Shown here: piece after piece, positions 1 through 9,400 of the stretch | Numbering within the stretch: position 1 is the stretch's first letter | How the letters are laid out: each line of letters begins with the position of its first letter | NCBI GenBank assembly: GCA_039679445.1 | Contig: JBDKUY010000005.1 | Span: 2,210 to 66,209, forward strand | Reading direction: 5' to 3' | DNA: 64,000 bases | Source: Methanofastidiosum sp. | GTDB taxonomy: Archaea > Methanobacteriota_B > Thermococci > Methanofastidiosales > Methanofastidiosaceae | Notes under the pieces: model-generated | The model's database searches: none | The model's input: only the letters and a program-made list of their open reading frames with translations | Told to the model about the DNA's origin: nothing | Made by a program: the position numbers and the translations under genes

Positions 1-14
1 CCCATATTTATTTT

Positions 15-479
15 ATGAACAGAAAAGCAGTTTCCCCCGTTGTTGCTACAATGTTACTTGTTGCAGTAGCAGTATCTTCTGTTAGCGCTTATTGGGTATG
101 GGTTAGGAGCTTTCAGACACAGATCCAGAAGGAAGTAGAGCAGGAGGCCGGCGTTTCAACTAATCTAAGATTAGAAGTTTTGAGCATAAATGACGATGGA
201 AATAAGTATTATGTTACATTAAAAAATACATCTTCTTCGGGAACTATTTTTTTCAATGGAACTCAGGATTTTATTTTGGATGGTCAAAGTAGTTGGGATG
301 ATACTGACGGTATAATTCCGAAACCTCAAGATACAACCATATCTTTAGGTTCAACAAAAACATTTGTGTTAAAACCAAAAAATAAAAACCCCATTTCAGG
401 TACTCAACACAGCTTTGTATTCATAGGCCATACTTCAAAAGATCAAGTAGTTGCAACAATTTCCTACAGAGATTCATAA
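15..479 (+). CDS. Archaeal type IV pilin/archaellin-like protein
   Basis: Class III signal peptide MNRKA|VSPVVATMLLVAVAV followed by a beta-rich domain. Confidence 0.8.
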   Translation: MNRKAVSPVVATMLLVAVAVSSVSAYWVWVRSFQTQIQKEVEQEAGVSTNLRLEVLSINDDGNKYYVTLKNTSSSGTIFFNGTQDFILDGQSSWDDTDGIIPKPQDTTISLGSTKTFVLKPKNKNPISGTQHSFVFIGHTSKDQVVATISYRDS

Positions 480-530
480 AAATAAATAAGATTCTTATAT
501 TTCAAATTAATATTATTTTTGAGGATTTAG

Positions 531-944
531 ATGACTAATCTAAAAATTACAGCCGGAGGATTCATTTTTAAAGCAAAGCTAGAAGAAGAAAACGCACCAA
601 AAACTTGTTCTGCATTCCTGAAGTTATTGCCTTTTAAGAACAAGATTATTCACGTGAGGTGGAGTGGTGAAGGTGTCTGGATACCTTTAGGTGACTTTAA
701 TCTAGGTCTTGGGTATGAGAATCACACAAGCCACCCTTCAAAAGGAGAGATCCTTCTCTACCCTGGTGGGATAAGTGAAACTGAGATTTTAATCCCTTAT
801 GGGAGCACCAGTTTTTCAAGCAAGACGGGCCAACTTGCCGGAAATCATTTTCTTACAATTATTGAAGGAAAAGAAAAATTACCGGAATTAGGGAAAAAAG
901 TATTATGGGAAGGGGCCCAAGATATATTATTTGAAAAGATATAA
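531..944 (+). CDS. DUF3830 family (cyclophilin-like fold) protein
   Basis: APKTC, HVRWSGEGVW, ENHTSHPSKGEILLYPGG, LAGNHF motifs. Confidence 0.75.
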   Translation: MTNLKITAGGFIFKAKLEEENAPKTCSAFLKLLPFKNKIIHVRWSGEGVWIPLGDFNLGLGYENHTSHPSKGEILLYPGGISETEILIPYGSTSFSSKTGQLAGNHFLTIIEGKEKLPELGKKVLWEGAQDILFEKI

Positions 945-948
945 AAAA

Positions 949-2403
949 TTAGATATTTTTCTTGATTTCGTCTATCTTTACCCTGTGCTGATTCATCGAA
1001 TCCCTTTCCCTGATTGTCACGGTGTTGTCTTCTAATGTCTGGAAGTCAATAGTTATTGCGAAGGGTGTTCCAATCTCATCCTGTCTCCTGTATCTTCTGC
1101 CTATCGAGCCTGAATCATCATAGAAAACATCGCAGCACTTCGATAGATTGTCATAGACGCTCTTTGCAACTTTCTCGAGGTCCCCCTTCTTTTGAAGTGG
1201 GAAGATTCCAGCTCTAAAGGGTGCGACTTCCTTGGGAAGTGATATCACTTTTCTGTCTCCTTCGTCTTTATAGAATACATCAAGTAACGTCCAGAAGTTT
1301 CTATCCACACCAAATGAAAGCTCAAGGACATGTGGAACAAACTTCTTACCGTCAACGTTAACGTCAAGCCTTTCCCCGCTTGCATTCTGGTGACCTCCAA
1401 GGTCGTGGTCTGTCCTGTAATGGAGGCCCCCCATTTCCTTGTATCCCCCAAGAGACTCTGTATAGACTTCAACATCCCAATGGATCTTGTTATAGAAAGC
1501 CCTTTCATCAGCAGAAAGCTCTCTGAATCTGAAGAGCTCCCTTGGGAATTTCATCTTATCAAGGTAAAACTCTTGGATCTTTGCCATGTGATAAATGTAA
1601 AATTTGGGCATACCAAAGTTCTTATGGAGGTCTAATGCAGTCATGTCATCGACTTCGTTACTGCTTCTGTTCTGTAACGGGAACACCCTCAGTTTCATGT
1701 CTTTAATGGAATCAAAGTCGGGGTGATCCTCAATAGTATCTGGATCAAAGAATATCTGTAGCTCAGCCTGATTGAATTCTCTTAATCTATAGAATCCCTG
1801 CCTTGGGGAGATTTCATTCCTGTAGGCCCTGCCTATAATTGCGAGACCCATTGGGAGCTTACCCCTTAAAGTGTTAAAGCTTCTTTTGAAAGCCAAAAAT
1901 GCTCCCTGTGCAGTTTCGGGCCTTAAGTAGGCTACCTCTGATTCCCCAGTGGCTCCAACTGATAGTTCAAACATCATGTTAAACATCTTCACATCAAGAA
2001 GATGCCCGCCGCATTTGGGGCATGGAATATTACTGTCTTTTAGCAATTCTGTCATCTCTTCTGCAGACATGCCTTCTGCGCTCCTTTCTAGAAACTCTTC
2101 TACAAGGTGGTCTGCCCTAAACCTCGAGTGGCACTTCTCACATTCAGTCAGCGGATCATTAAAGTTTTCAAGATGGCCTGATCCCACAAAAACATTCTTT
2201 GGCATTATATTAGTAGCATCAATTTCAAAGAAATTAGGATTTAGGCCAAGGTAATGCTTTCTCCACGCATTTTCCCATTTCCTTCTCATAAGGGTACCAA
2301 GATGACCGTAATCATAAAAACCAGAAATACCGCCATAAATTTCAGAAGACGGATAAATAAACCCTCTCCTCAATGCAACGTCCATTATCTCATCAGATTT
2401 CAT
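949..2403 (-). CDS. glyS: Glycyl-tRNA synthetase (archaeal/eukaryotic type)
   Basis: SEIYGG.SGFYDYG, YLRPETAQG, RNEISPRQG, LELSFGVDR, SIGRRYRRQDEIGTP. Confidence 0.97.
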   Translation of the reverse strand: MKSDEIMDVALRRGFIYPSSEIYGGISGFYDYGHLGTLMRRKWENAWRKHYLGLNPNFFEIDATNIMPKNVFVGSGHLENFNDPLTECEKCHSRFRADHLVEEFLERSAEGMSAEEMTELLKDSNIPCPKCGGHLLDVKMFNMMFELSVGATGESEVAYLRPETAQGAFLAFKRSFNTLRGKLPMGLAIIGRAYRNEISPRQGFYRLREFNQAELQIFFDPDTIEDHPDFDSIKDMKLRVFPLQNRSSNEVDDMTALDLHKNFGMPKFYIYHMAKIQEFYLDKMKFPRELFRFRELSADERAFYNKIHWDVEVYTESLGGYKEMGGLHYRTDHDLGGHQNASGERLDVNVDGKKFVPHVLELSFGVDRNFWTLLDVFYKDEGDRKVISLPKEVAPFRAGIFPLQKKGDLEKVAKSVYDNLSKCCDVFYDDSGSIGRRYRRQDEIGTPFAITIDFQTLEDNTVTIRERDSMNQHRVKIDEIKKNI

Positions 2404-2561
2404 GTAACTACCTCTTCTTTAGCAAAGAACAGCGAAGACGACTTATAAATTTTTTGTAGTTATATCTTTCTGACTAATCAAATATCAATTAAAATGTAAA
2501 AAAAGCTAATCTAAACCTAGTTATCTTGTTTAGAAGCAATATATTTTAAAAAAGAAAAAAT

Positions 2562-2753
2562 TTACAAAGATTTTTTTAATTCTTCGATTCTTTCTTCAAC
2601 ACCCTGCTTTTCTTTATCAAGCCAGGTCTTGTATTCTTCGAGCATTTCTATCTTTTCCTGTTTTGTATAGAAGTGTCTTCTACGATCGCATGAATGTTTA
2701 TGTTCCATATGTCTGTGCCTTGGCCCATGCTCTCTATTTTCATATTTCCACAT
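2562..2753 (-). CDS. Small His-rich coiled-coil protein (DUF5320-like)
   Basis: RBS GGGGGTGA before the ATG at 2753; HRHMEHKH then RRHFYTKQEKIEMLEEYK..LDKEKQGVEERI; divergent from padR. Confidence 0.65.
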   Translation of the reverse strand: MWKYENREHGPRHRHMEHKHSCDRRRHFYTKQEKIEMLEEYKTWLDKEKQGVEERIEELKKSL

Positions 2754-2766
2754 TATTATCACCCCC

Positions 2767-2828
2767 ATATCGGTTCTACGATATCGTATATCCGATATTT
2801 ATTTAAAAGTCTTTCGGTTAACCGATAT
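2767..2828. promoter_or_regulatory. Palindromic operator array between divergent padR and His-rich gene
   Basis: ATATCGG-ttc-TACGATATCGTA-tat-CCGATAT (2767-2798) and perfect TCGGTTAACCGA (2814-2825). Confidence 0.6.
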
Positions 2829-2858
2829 GTTTTAATACTTCAAATATATTTGTTAAAC

Positions 2859-3173
2859 ATGCGAGGCCATAAACATCAGGGCAGAGGATTCCTATCATTT
2901 TTGATTTTGTGGATGTTAAGAAATGATAAGATGAACGGTTCTGAGATAACTGATGAAATGGAAAAACGTAGGGGCCGTAGGTTTAGCCCTGGAACAATTT
3001 ATCCTGTCTTAAAAAAACTTAAAGACAAAGGGCTAATCATCGATGATGAGGAAAAAAGATACTCGCTTACAGAAAAAGGCCAGAAGGAGCTCATCGTACG
3101 TATTGATAATTTTTTCAAAACATTCCACGATTTAGATGAAATGAGAAATTATAGCAGTAGCCATGAACATTAA
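2859..3173 (+). CDS. PadR family transcriptional regulator
   Basis: GFLSFLILWML..MNGSEI..FSPGTIYPVLKKL..KRYSLTEKG; start moved to ATG 2859. Confidence 0.9.
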   Translation: MRGHKHQGRGFLSFLILWMLRNDKMNGSEITDEMEKRRGRRFSPGTIYPVLKKLKDKGLIIDDEEKRYSLTEKGQKELIVRIDNFFKTFHDLDEMRNYSSSHEH

Positions 3174-3210
3174 TCTATAATTATCAGGCGAAATAATTGT
3201 AGTAAGATTA

Positions 3211-4605
3211 TTAAGTTGTATTGTCCATTGACTCGGGAAGCTTAAATTTGTCCCTTGTTATCCCTATCAACTTACGTGCCGCAATTGTCAGTGGATCTAT
3301 AACGCTTGATATCGGAGGTACATAGGAAGTTTCAATTAAAGCAAGCTGGTGTGCAGTTACTCCTCTAGAGATCATAAAAGACATTGAATCAATCCTTCCC
3401 TTTACCCCTTCTTTGGAGATTATCTGTGACCCAATTAATCTATAGTTTTTATCAACTAATATTTTAACGGTGATTATTTCTCCTTTGGGGAAGTATCTTG
3501 CCCGGGTGAGTCCTTTTGCCGTTGATTCTTTTGGGAATATTCCGTTCTCGATGGCTCTCTTAGAGTTTACACCTACAGCCCCTATCTCTAAATCACCTAT
3601 AATAGAAACGCCTGGGCTTACAATCGGCGTATAAACAGTATTTGTTCCAAGTATATTCTCTGCAACTGTAAGGGCTTGTCTTACTGCAGTTGAACCCAGA
3701 GCACTTAGAGTTGGCCTAAACGTAACGCCATCAACGACCTCTATGCAGTTTCCACATGCAAATACGTTATACATGAAAGACCCATCTTTTCTTACCCTAA
3801 GGCAGGAATCTGTAATTAATCCTCCTGTAGCGCCCCTTTCTATACCCGCTTTAACAGCTATTTCAACATTTGGTCTAACGCCAACAGAAACTAAAACCAT
3901 GTCAGTTTTTATCTTTCCATTTTTTGTAATAACTGTGGAAACTTTATCGTTTTCACCTTCAAATGCAATAACTTCTGTATCTTTAAGTAATGTAATCCCA
4001 TTGGAAAGTATGTATTCCTCAACAATCATAGCCATGTCTTGGTTAAGCATTGACCCCATTATTTGTGGGCCTCTTTCTATAACAGTAACTTTTTTGTTTC
4101 TCTTCTCGAAAGCATAGGCCATTTCTAACCCTATAGCTCCAGCACCAATAATCGTGATGGATTTTGATGTATTCATCGCCTTTTCAACTTCAATTGCCTC
4201 TTCAAGAGAATGCATAAAATAAATTCCCCCGAGGTTTATTCCATCAATATTGGGGGCAAATGGCTTTACGCCAGTCGCAATGACCAAAATATCATAGGAA
4301 TACGTGCCTTTATTTGTAATTACGATTTGTTTATCGGTGTCTATACTTGTTGCATGGGTATTGGAATGCATGTCGATATTCATATCCTTGTAATGTTGGG
4401 CGCCCCTCATAATCAAGTTATCAAACGAGTCTATGGTTCCAGCTATAACAAAGGGGATGCCGCAGGGGCTATAAGAAAAATATTTTCTATCTGTGATTAC
4501 AGTAATGTCGAAGGCATCTGTTTCTTTTCGCACTTGGGATGCAACAGGTAATCCTGCAGGACCTGCACCAATAACTACAATCTTTTTCTTCATAAATATC
4601 ATCAT
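3211..4605 (-). CDS. FAD-dependent NADH oxidase / CoA-disulfide reductase family
   Basis: IVVIGAGPAG, redox Cys in YSPCGIP, ATG, GAGAIGLE, C-terminal dimerisation domain YVPP. Confidence 0.88.
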   Translation of the reverse strand: MMIFMKKKIVVIGAGPAGLPVASQVRKETDAFDITVITDRKYFSYSPCGIPFVIAGTIDSFDNLIMRGAQHYKDMNIDMHSNTHATSIDTDKQIVITNKGTYSYDILVIATGVKPFAPNIDGINLGGIYFMHSLEEAIEVEKAMNTSKSITIIGAGAIGLEMAYAFEKRNKKVTVIERGPQIMGSMLNQDMAMIVEEYILSNGITLLKDTEVIAFEGENDKVSTVITKNGKIKTDMVLVSVGVRPNVEIAVKAGIERGATGGLITDSCLRVRKDGSFMYNVFACGNCIEVVDGVTFRPTLSALGSTAVRQALTVAENILGTNTVYTPIVSPGVSIIGDLEIGAVGVNSKRAIENGIFPKESTAKGLTRARYFPKGEIITVKILVDKNYRLIGSQIISKEGVKGRIDSMSFMISRGVTAHQLALIETSYVPPISSVIDPLTIAARKLIGITRDKFKLPESMDNTT

Positions 4606-4662
4606 CCTAGGAGATTATACAATATAATCTTAGATTCAAAATATAAGATTACTTCCAATAAA

Positions 4663-5274
4663 TTAGATAAAAGCATCAATAACGTGGACAATCCCTCTAA
4701 AAGATCTTTCTTCATCTTCAGCGCTTGAGATTATGACAACGTCATTATTTTTAGGGCCAAACTTATCATGTAGTTCTGTTTCAAGAGCCCTACTCAAATT
4801 GAGCTTTATTGTTGGGATTTTTATCTCTGGTCTTGTTTCTGGGAGGGTAAAGTGATTGTCCCGGAATATCAGGGTAATTGCAGACCTAGCACCGCCAAAG
4901 ACCGCGCTATCCCTTTGATCCATCCCATCCTTTATCTTTGAAGATGCGCCCTTGATTATAGTACCGAAGTTTTTGTTGTTCAAAGTGAGCTCTTTGGCGT
5001 TAATTTCTGAGGGGATCCCAAATTGCGTAGAGCTTTCTAGGAACTTCTTGCCCTTCCCTGTGACCTTCTGGCCAACCCTTGAGGAATCAATGTATTCCAT
5101 ATCCTTTAGTTTGGAAAGGATTGACCTAATGCTGGCCTCATTTAGAAAGATTCGCTTTGAAAGAAGCTTTCTCCCGATACTTTCCTCTTTTTCAATGATC
5201 TTTAATACTATGAGGATGTCAGCATTGGTAAAGTTTGCCTGCGGGATTATTCTCCTCTCAAACATATCAATCAA
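4663..5274 (-). CDS. Winged-helix protein with DUF4443-like C-terminal domain (putative regulator)
   Basis: IGRKLLSKRIFLNEASIRSIL..LTGKG-like wHTH, then DGMDQRDSAVFGGARSA. Confidence 0.65.
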   Translation of the reverse strand: MIDMFERRIIPQANFTNADILIVLKIIEKEESIGRKLLSKRIFLNEASIRSILSKLKDMEYIDSSRVGQKVTGKGKKFLESSTQFGIPSEINAKELTLNNKNFGTIIKGASSKIKDGMDQRDSAVFGGARSAITLIFRDNHFTLPETRPEIKIPTIKLNLSRALETELHDKFGPKNNDVVIISSAEDEERSFRGIVHVIDAFI

Positions 5275-5329
5275 TTTGAGATGTTAATATATATTACTTT
5301 TGTTTGGAAAATAGAAAAAGAAAAATAAA

Positions 5330-8305
5330 TTATAGTATCATATCAAGAAGATACGAAAGCTGTTTTATTGGTTCGTTTAGGTCAGATACGTTAGCTGCGT
5401 TTAGGATGAGTATATCCTTTTTGCTGTAGATGTTCTTTTGGTATATCATTCCTTCAGAATCTGTGTCAACAAAGTTTCCAAGGTCATAGACTCTCTTTAT
5501 TTCTTCATTGTTGTCCTTGTTTCCAATGAGGATCATGTTGTATTTTGCTCTGTCAGTAGCTGTAATCTGCTTGTCAGTTCTTATCAAGTTTGTAGGCTCT
5601 ACTTTGACATTGACTGTTTCTTTCTTTGGAACGAGATCAACCCTTTGTATCTTGTATTTGACATAGTACTTCTCTTCATCGTAGTCTTCAACATAGACTC
5701 TAAAGTATCTATCTGGGCCCCAGAATACTGCACCTTCTTTAAGGCAATCAAATGGAATTGGGTCGCAAAGTTCTATCTTAATTGAGCGCAAATCCTTGGT
5801 GCAATCTTGGCATCTATCAACATAAGGACTATAGACATTGCCATCATTCATGAGGAATCTAAGTTTCCATCTGGAACCGTCATTTTGAATGTAATCGCAA
5901 TCGCAGTCATCAATGCAACCGTAGTCTATAAGGGTGTAAATATTGAATCGTGCAATCATATGCTCCTTTGTGTCGCCATCAATGTTTTTCTCTAAATCGT
6001 GCTCCATGCCTACGAAGGCAACATCTGCCCCTTCAATTGCAAACTCAACTTCCTCGGGATAGTTATCACAGTCAAGGTCTTTGTTGTATTCAACTACACA
6101 CTGGCAATCTGACGAAGCAATATCCGGCGATAGATTTGTACCAGGGCTCGGTGTGAAGTGTCTTATTGCAGAGCCATATATCTTTCCAGTGTTTTTATCC
6201 TGTAGGAAAGCGACCATACCGCAGTAGTTTGTGCCACAGAGATTGATTTCTGTTCTGTATACATCGCCGCCCTCTAAGTCCTTCCAGTTATAATCTGCAA
6301 CTTTTTCACTGCATTCTATTGTCCACCTATTGATATTCTGCCAGTATTGTGAAGCTATGAGCCCTGTAGCAACAGGTGCACAGCAATCGCAACTTATGCC
6401 CCATACATTAAGGTAAAGTTCTGTATTTGGAAGGTCTTTGTTTAATCTTACAGTTACTAGCGCTTCTTTATCTGTGGCAGTTGTAAATCTTTCAGGATCC
6501 ATATTGGTGTTTATGATTATCTTTGCATCACAGCAACTGCTGACATTTGATTCATAAGCTGCCTTGAATGCTTCATAATATGCATCTTCTGTATTTGGAG
6601 GTATTTTTTGAATTGCCTTTGATTTATTTCCGTTGAAGATTAATGTTGGATAGTTTACATTGTTTTTGGCATCGTATCCATATCCATATATGTATGCAGA
6701 CGGCCATCCACTACCATTATTTCCAAGGCCAAAATGATCTTTAGCAGAATCAATGTACAATGGGTCAATTCCTGATTCGCTTGTATTCGAATGGAATATA
6801 ATTGGAGTTATATCACAGAGATAGCCCTCTGTCTTCAATCTGCAAATTGCCTTTGTTGCAGCGTCAGAATCTGCTTGGGTGTCCACAAAAAGCTCAGCAA
6901 GTGTATTATCGCAGCAATCAACAGTCATTATGTGTCTTTTTACAATACCCTCTGAGTCTGTAACTTCAATAGTGACCTTCTTCTCTCCTAGATAATCCTT
7001 CCCAGTTTTGTGGTCAAAGTTAACTGTTGTCTGGCTCTTGTCCCAGTTGATATCTACTAATTTTACTTTATAATCGCCGTATGTCTTAGTCTGCCCAACT
7101 TTGAACTCTTCATCTTCCCATGTCCTTGGAGTTCCATAGAAAATTCTACCAACTGTTTTATCTGGAAAAGTTTGGTCGTCGTTATATTTGTACATTCTTA
7201 GGAGATTCACTTGTTGGCTTAGGAGGTTATAACTTGATGTTTCAACTGAGTAACTCTTTCCACCAGTCTGAATAAAGTCCCCTGGCAAAGTTTCTTTTAC
7301 CCCTTCAATCCAGTAGTCTAGGTTCTTTAGAAGATTTTTATCCTGGCTAAGAGTCTTATCTGCCCAAGTAAAATCAATGTAATAGGTATTTCCATATAAG
7401 ACTGAAAATGACTCGCCTTTTGTCTCTATTTCATATAGTGAATACGGCTGTGTTGGATTGGGTGGTGCATAGCTAGGTGGTGGCCATCCCCACCCACCAG
7501 AAAGTGGATTTAAGACTACCAATAAGGCATTTGTTGTAATAGGTTTTGTTAAAGTATACGTATCTGTTCTTTTTGTTGAACTACCTGTAACTGGCCATAT
7601 TATTCCTTGGGCCGGTAATTCAATCCAGTTCCCAGATATGCCATTATCTTCTACATAAGTATTTGGGCATAAGCTCTGAAGATAATATATTGTGTAACCT
7701 GCATTAGCTGGAACTGTAACTGTGTTCTCATGAGTAAAGTTTACATCTGTAATTGTTTTAAAATTGTTGAATTTAACTATCACATCTCTTTTGCTGTAAT
7801 ATAGTCCCCAATAATTATATCCTGTACTAGCGATAATTCTAGTATTCCTATCGCCATCGAATAGAGCATCCATACTCTCCACATAAAAAGGGCAGTTTGG
7901 CCAAGCAGGAGCATAGGGGGTTGGATCAAGATAGCTATGTGAGAAATAGTAACTTGGTGTGGTAAAAGATCTCGTGTCAATTATATAATCTAAGTTAGAT
8001 TTTACTCCTGTATACCCAAATGCAACATTATCATGGTCATCTTCAGTGAAGTTTCCAGACTCCCAGATTATCTTCTCCTCAGCTCCCGTCACACTGTAGT
8101 AAGTTTCATTTGTAAGTTTAGTTACAACTTCTGCCACTCTCTGTATGTCTTTTGCAGTTGCAGCTTCACTTACAACTATCAAAGCTTGAGGATTCCCATT
8201 TTCATCAATAAAGAAGTCTCTTCCAGGAAGCTCCTGCGCAGAGTAGTTTGGCACTAGAGACAATACAAAAGCTAATAATAAAAAAACAGAAATAATTTTT
8301 TTCAT
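5330..8305 (-). CDS. Large Cys-rich S-layer-type protein
   Basis: Signal peptide; N-terminal FFIDENGNPQALIVVSEAATAKD and C-terminal NMILIGNKDNN resemble Thermococcales/Methanococcales S-layer N and C domains; RBS AGGTGAG. Confidence 0.65.
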   Translation of the reverse strand: MKKIISVFLLLAFVLSLVPNYSAQELPGRDFFIDENGNPQALIVVSEAATAKDIQRVAEVVTKLTNETYYSVTGAEEKIIWESGNFTEDDHDNVAFGYTGVKSNLDYIIDTRSFTTPSYYFSHSYLDPTPYAPAWPNCPFYVESMDALFDGDRNTRIIASTGYNYWGLYYSKRDVIVKFNNFKTITDVNFTHENTVTVPANAGYTIYYLQSLCPNTYVEDNGISGNWIELPAQGIIWPVTGSSTKRTDTYTLTKPITTNALLVVLNPLSGGWGWPPPSYAPPNPTQPYSLYEIETKGESFSVLYGNTYYIDFTWADKTLSQDKNLLKNLDYWIEGVKETLPGDFIQTGGKSYSVETSSYNLLSQQVNLLRMYKYNDDQTFPDKTVGRIFYGTPRTWEDEEFKVGQTKTYGDYKVKLVDINWDKSQTTVNFDHKTGKDYLGEKKVTIEVTDSEGIVKRHIMTVDCCDNTLAELFVDTQADSDAATKAICRLKTEGYLCDITPIIFHSNTSESGIDPLYIDSAKDHFGLGNNGSGWPSAYIYGYGYDAKNNVNYPTLIFNGNKSKAIQKIPPNTEDAYYEAFKAAYESNVSSCCDAKIIINTNMDPERFTTATDKEALVTVRLNKDLPNTELYLNVWGISCDCCAPVATGLIASQYWQNINRWTIECSEKVADYNWKDLEGGDVYRTEINLCGTNYCGMVAFLQDKNTGKIYGSAIRHFTPSPGTNLSPDIASSDCQCVVEYNKDLDCDNYPEEVEFAIEGADVAFVGMEHDLEKNIDGDTKEHMIARFNIYTLIDYGCIDDCDCDYIQNDGSRWKLRFLMNDGNVYSPYVDRCQDCTKDLRSIKIELCDPIPFDCLKEGAVFWGPDRYFRVYVEDYDEEKYYVKYKIQRVDLVPKKETVNVKVEPTNLIRTDKQITATDRAKYNMILIGNKDNNEEIKRVYDLGNFVDTDSEGMIYQKNIYSKKDILILNAANVSDLNEPIKQLSYLLDMIL

Positions 8306-8314
8306 AAGCTCACC

Positions 8315-9280
8315 TTAATTTTGGAACGAATCTGTGTATTTCCACTCGATTCTCATGCCGTTAGCCACTTTAATATTGGAAATACCTAGTTGTGAATAGT
8401 CATTGTTAATCCAGTACTGCCAGTACCTTCCAGTTGACCTGTTTTCAGCAAGACCTTCTATGGAAGTTACAAAGACACCTAGCGATTGTATATTGTAGTC
8501 AAACTGCATTCCAGAAGCCTTCATCGCATCAAAGATTGTAGAGTCTTTTGGAACTTTCACATCCTTCCATTCTTTGGTGTAACTGTTCCCAAAGTCAGCT
8601 GTGATATTAACTGTAACGCTGTTTTTGTCTTCTGTAGTAGTTGTAGAAGCTGAGATTGCAGGAGCTTCTGAGGTGATAGTTATCTCATCTTTTTGAACAA
8701 ACTGGTCGCCGTTATTATCCTTCCACTTTAATAGCAGAAACTGCGAGTTCCCGTATTTCTGTAAGTTTGCCTGATCTTCTAGAATAAGCCCTGCTGCAAA
8801 AGTACCTTCCCTTGATGCACCCCATAGCATCAGGACATTTGAGTTATTTGACTTCCCAAAGTATATGATCCCTATGTCTTCCCCGGAGCCTATCTTTGGC
8901 TTAGAGAGAGTAAGGTCTTTTGTAGTGATCAATACTCTATCTTGAGTTTCCTCATACTTTATTCCAAAAACATCATTTAGCTCTTTTGTCTTGGAATTAA
9001 TTACTGGCCCTCCCACAACAACAAGCTGCTTATTTGAAGGTGCTTCAAAATCCAAAGAATTTGTGCTTAAAACACCCATTTCTTTGAAGCTTTTTGAGAC
9101 AGTATCCCTTGTAAGAAGGTCAAGCGAGTTTGCATTCTTCCCCGTTACAAAGACTGTGCCATTTGAGAATCCCGATTGAACGTTGCCTATACTCTCTGCG
9201 ATAAATGGAGATGGCAACTGCACTAATAATATAAGAAATACAAATAGTATATAGAAATTCCTAAACTTTATCCCTTTCAT
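8315..9280 (-). CDS. S-layer-anchored DUF4430 (transcobalamin-like) cobalamin-binding protein
   Basis: Signal peptide; S-layer-C-like VVVGGPVINS; C-terminal GVFVTSIEG..YWQYWINN..GI..G.RIEWKY typical of DUF4430; next to an ECF transporter. Confidence 0.78.
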   Translation of the reverse strand: MKGIKFRNFYILFVFLILLVQLPSPFIAESIGNVQSGFSNGTVFVTGKNANSLDLLTRDTVSKSFKEMGVLSTNSLDFEAPSNKQLVVVGGPVINSKTKELNDVFGIKYEETQDRVLITTKDLTLSKPKIGSGEDIGIIYFGKSNNSNVLMLWGASREGTFAAGLILEDQANLQKYGNSQFLLLKWKDNNGDQFVQKDEITITSEAPAISASTTTTEDKNSVTVNITADFGNSYTKEWKDVKVPKDSTIFDAMKASGMQFDYNIQSLGVFVTSIEGLAENRSTGRYWQYWINNDYSQLGISNIKVANGMRIEWKYTDSFQN

Positions 9281-9308
9281 TTTATTTTCCTCCGGTTTAA
9301 TATTGCTG

Positions 9309-9331
9309 TATGGATGGTGTAGCCATCCATA
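9309..9331. promoter_or_regulatory. Operator copy A: TATGGATGG-N5-CCATCCATA
   Basis: Perfect 9-bp arms directly next to the minus-strand TATA (ACTATATA) of the DUF4430/S-layer operon. Confidence 0.75.
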
Positions 9332-9371
9332 TATATAGTTTTCGGATTTAGAATTAGAAAAGGTTAAATAA

Positions 9372-9392
9372 TACGGATGGCTAGACCATCCA
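9372..9392. promoter_or_regulatory. Operator copy B: TACGGATGG-CTAGA-CCATCCA
   Basis: Directly after BRE/TATA AAAAGGTTAAATA (about 9358-9370) of the ECF operon. Confidence 0.7.
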
Positions 9393-9400
9393 GGGATAAA

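Noticed and set aside
9281-9400. Possible cobalamin riboswitch upstream of the ECF-CbrT and DUF4430 genes
   Set aside because: The spacer is only about 120 bp, filled by two divergent promoters, with no B12-box; the hairpin-like elements lie between TATA and the expected TSS
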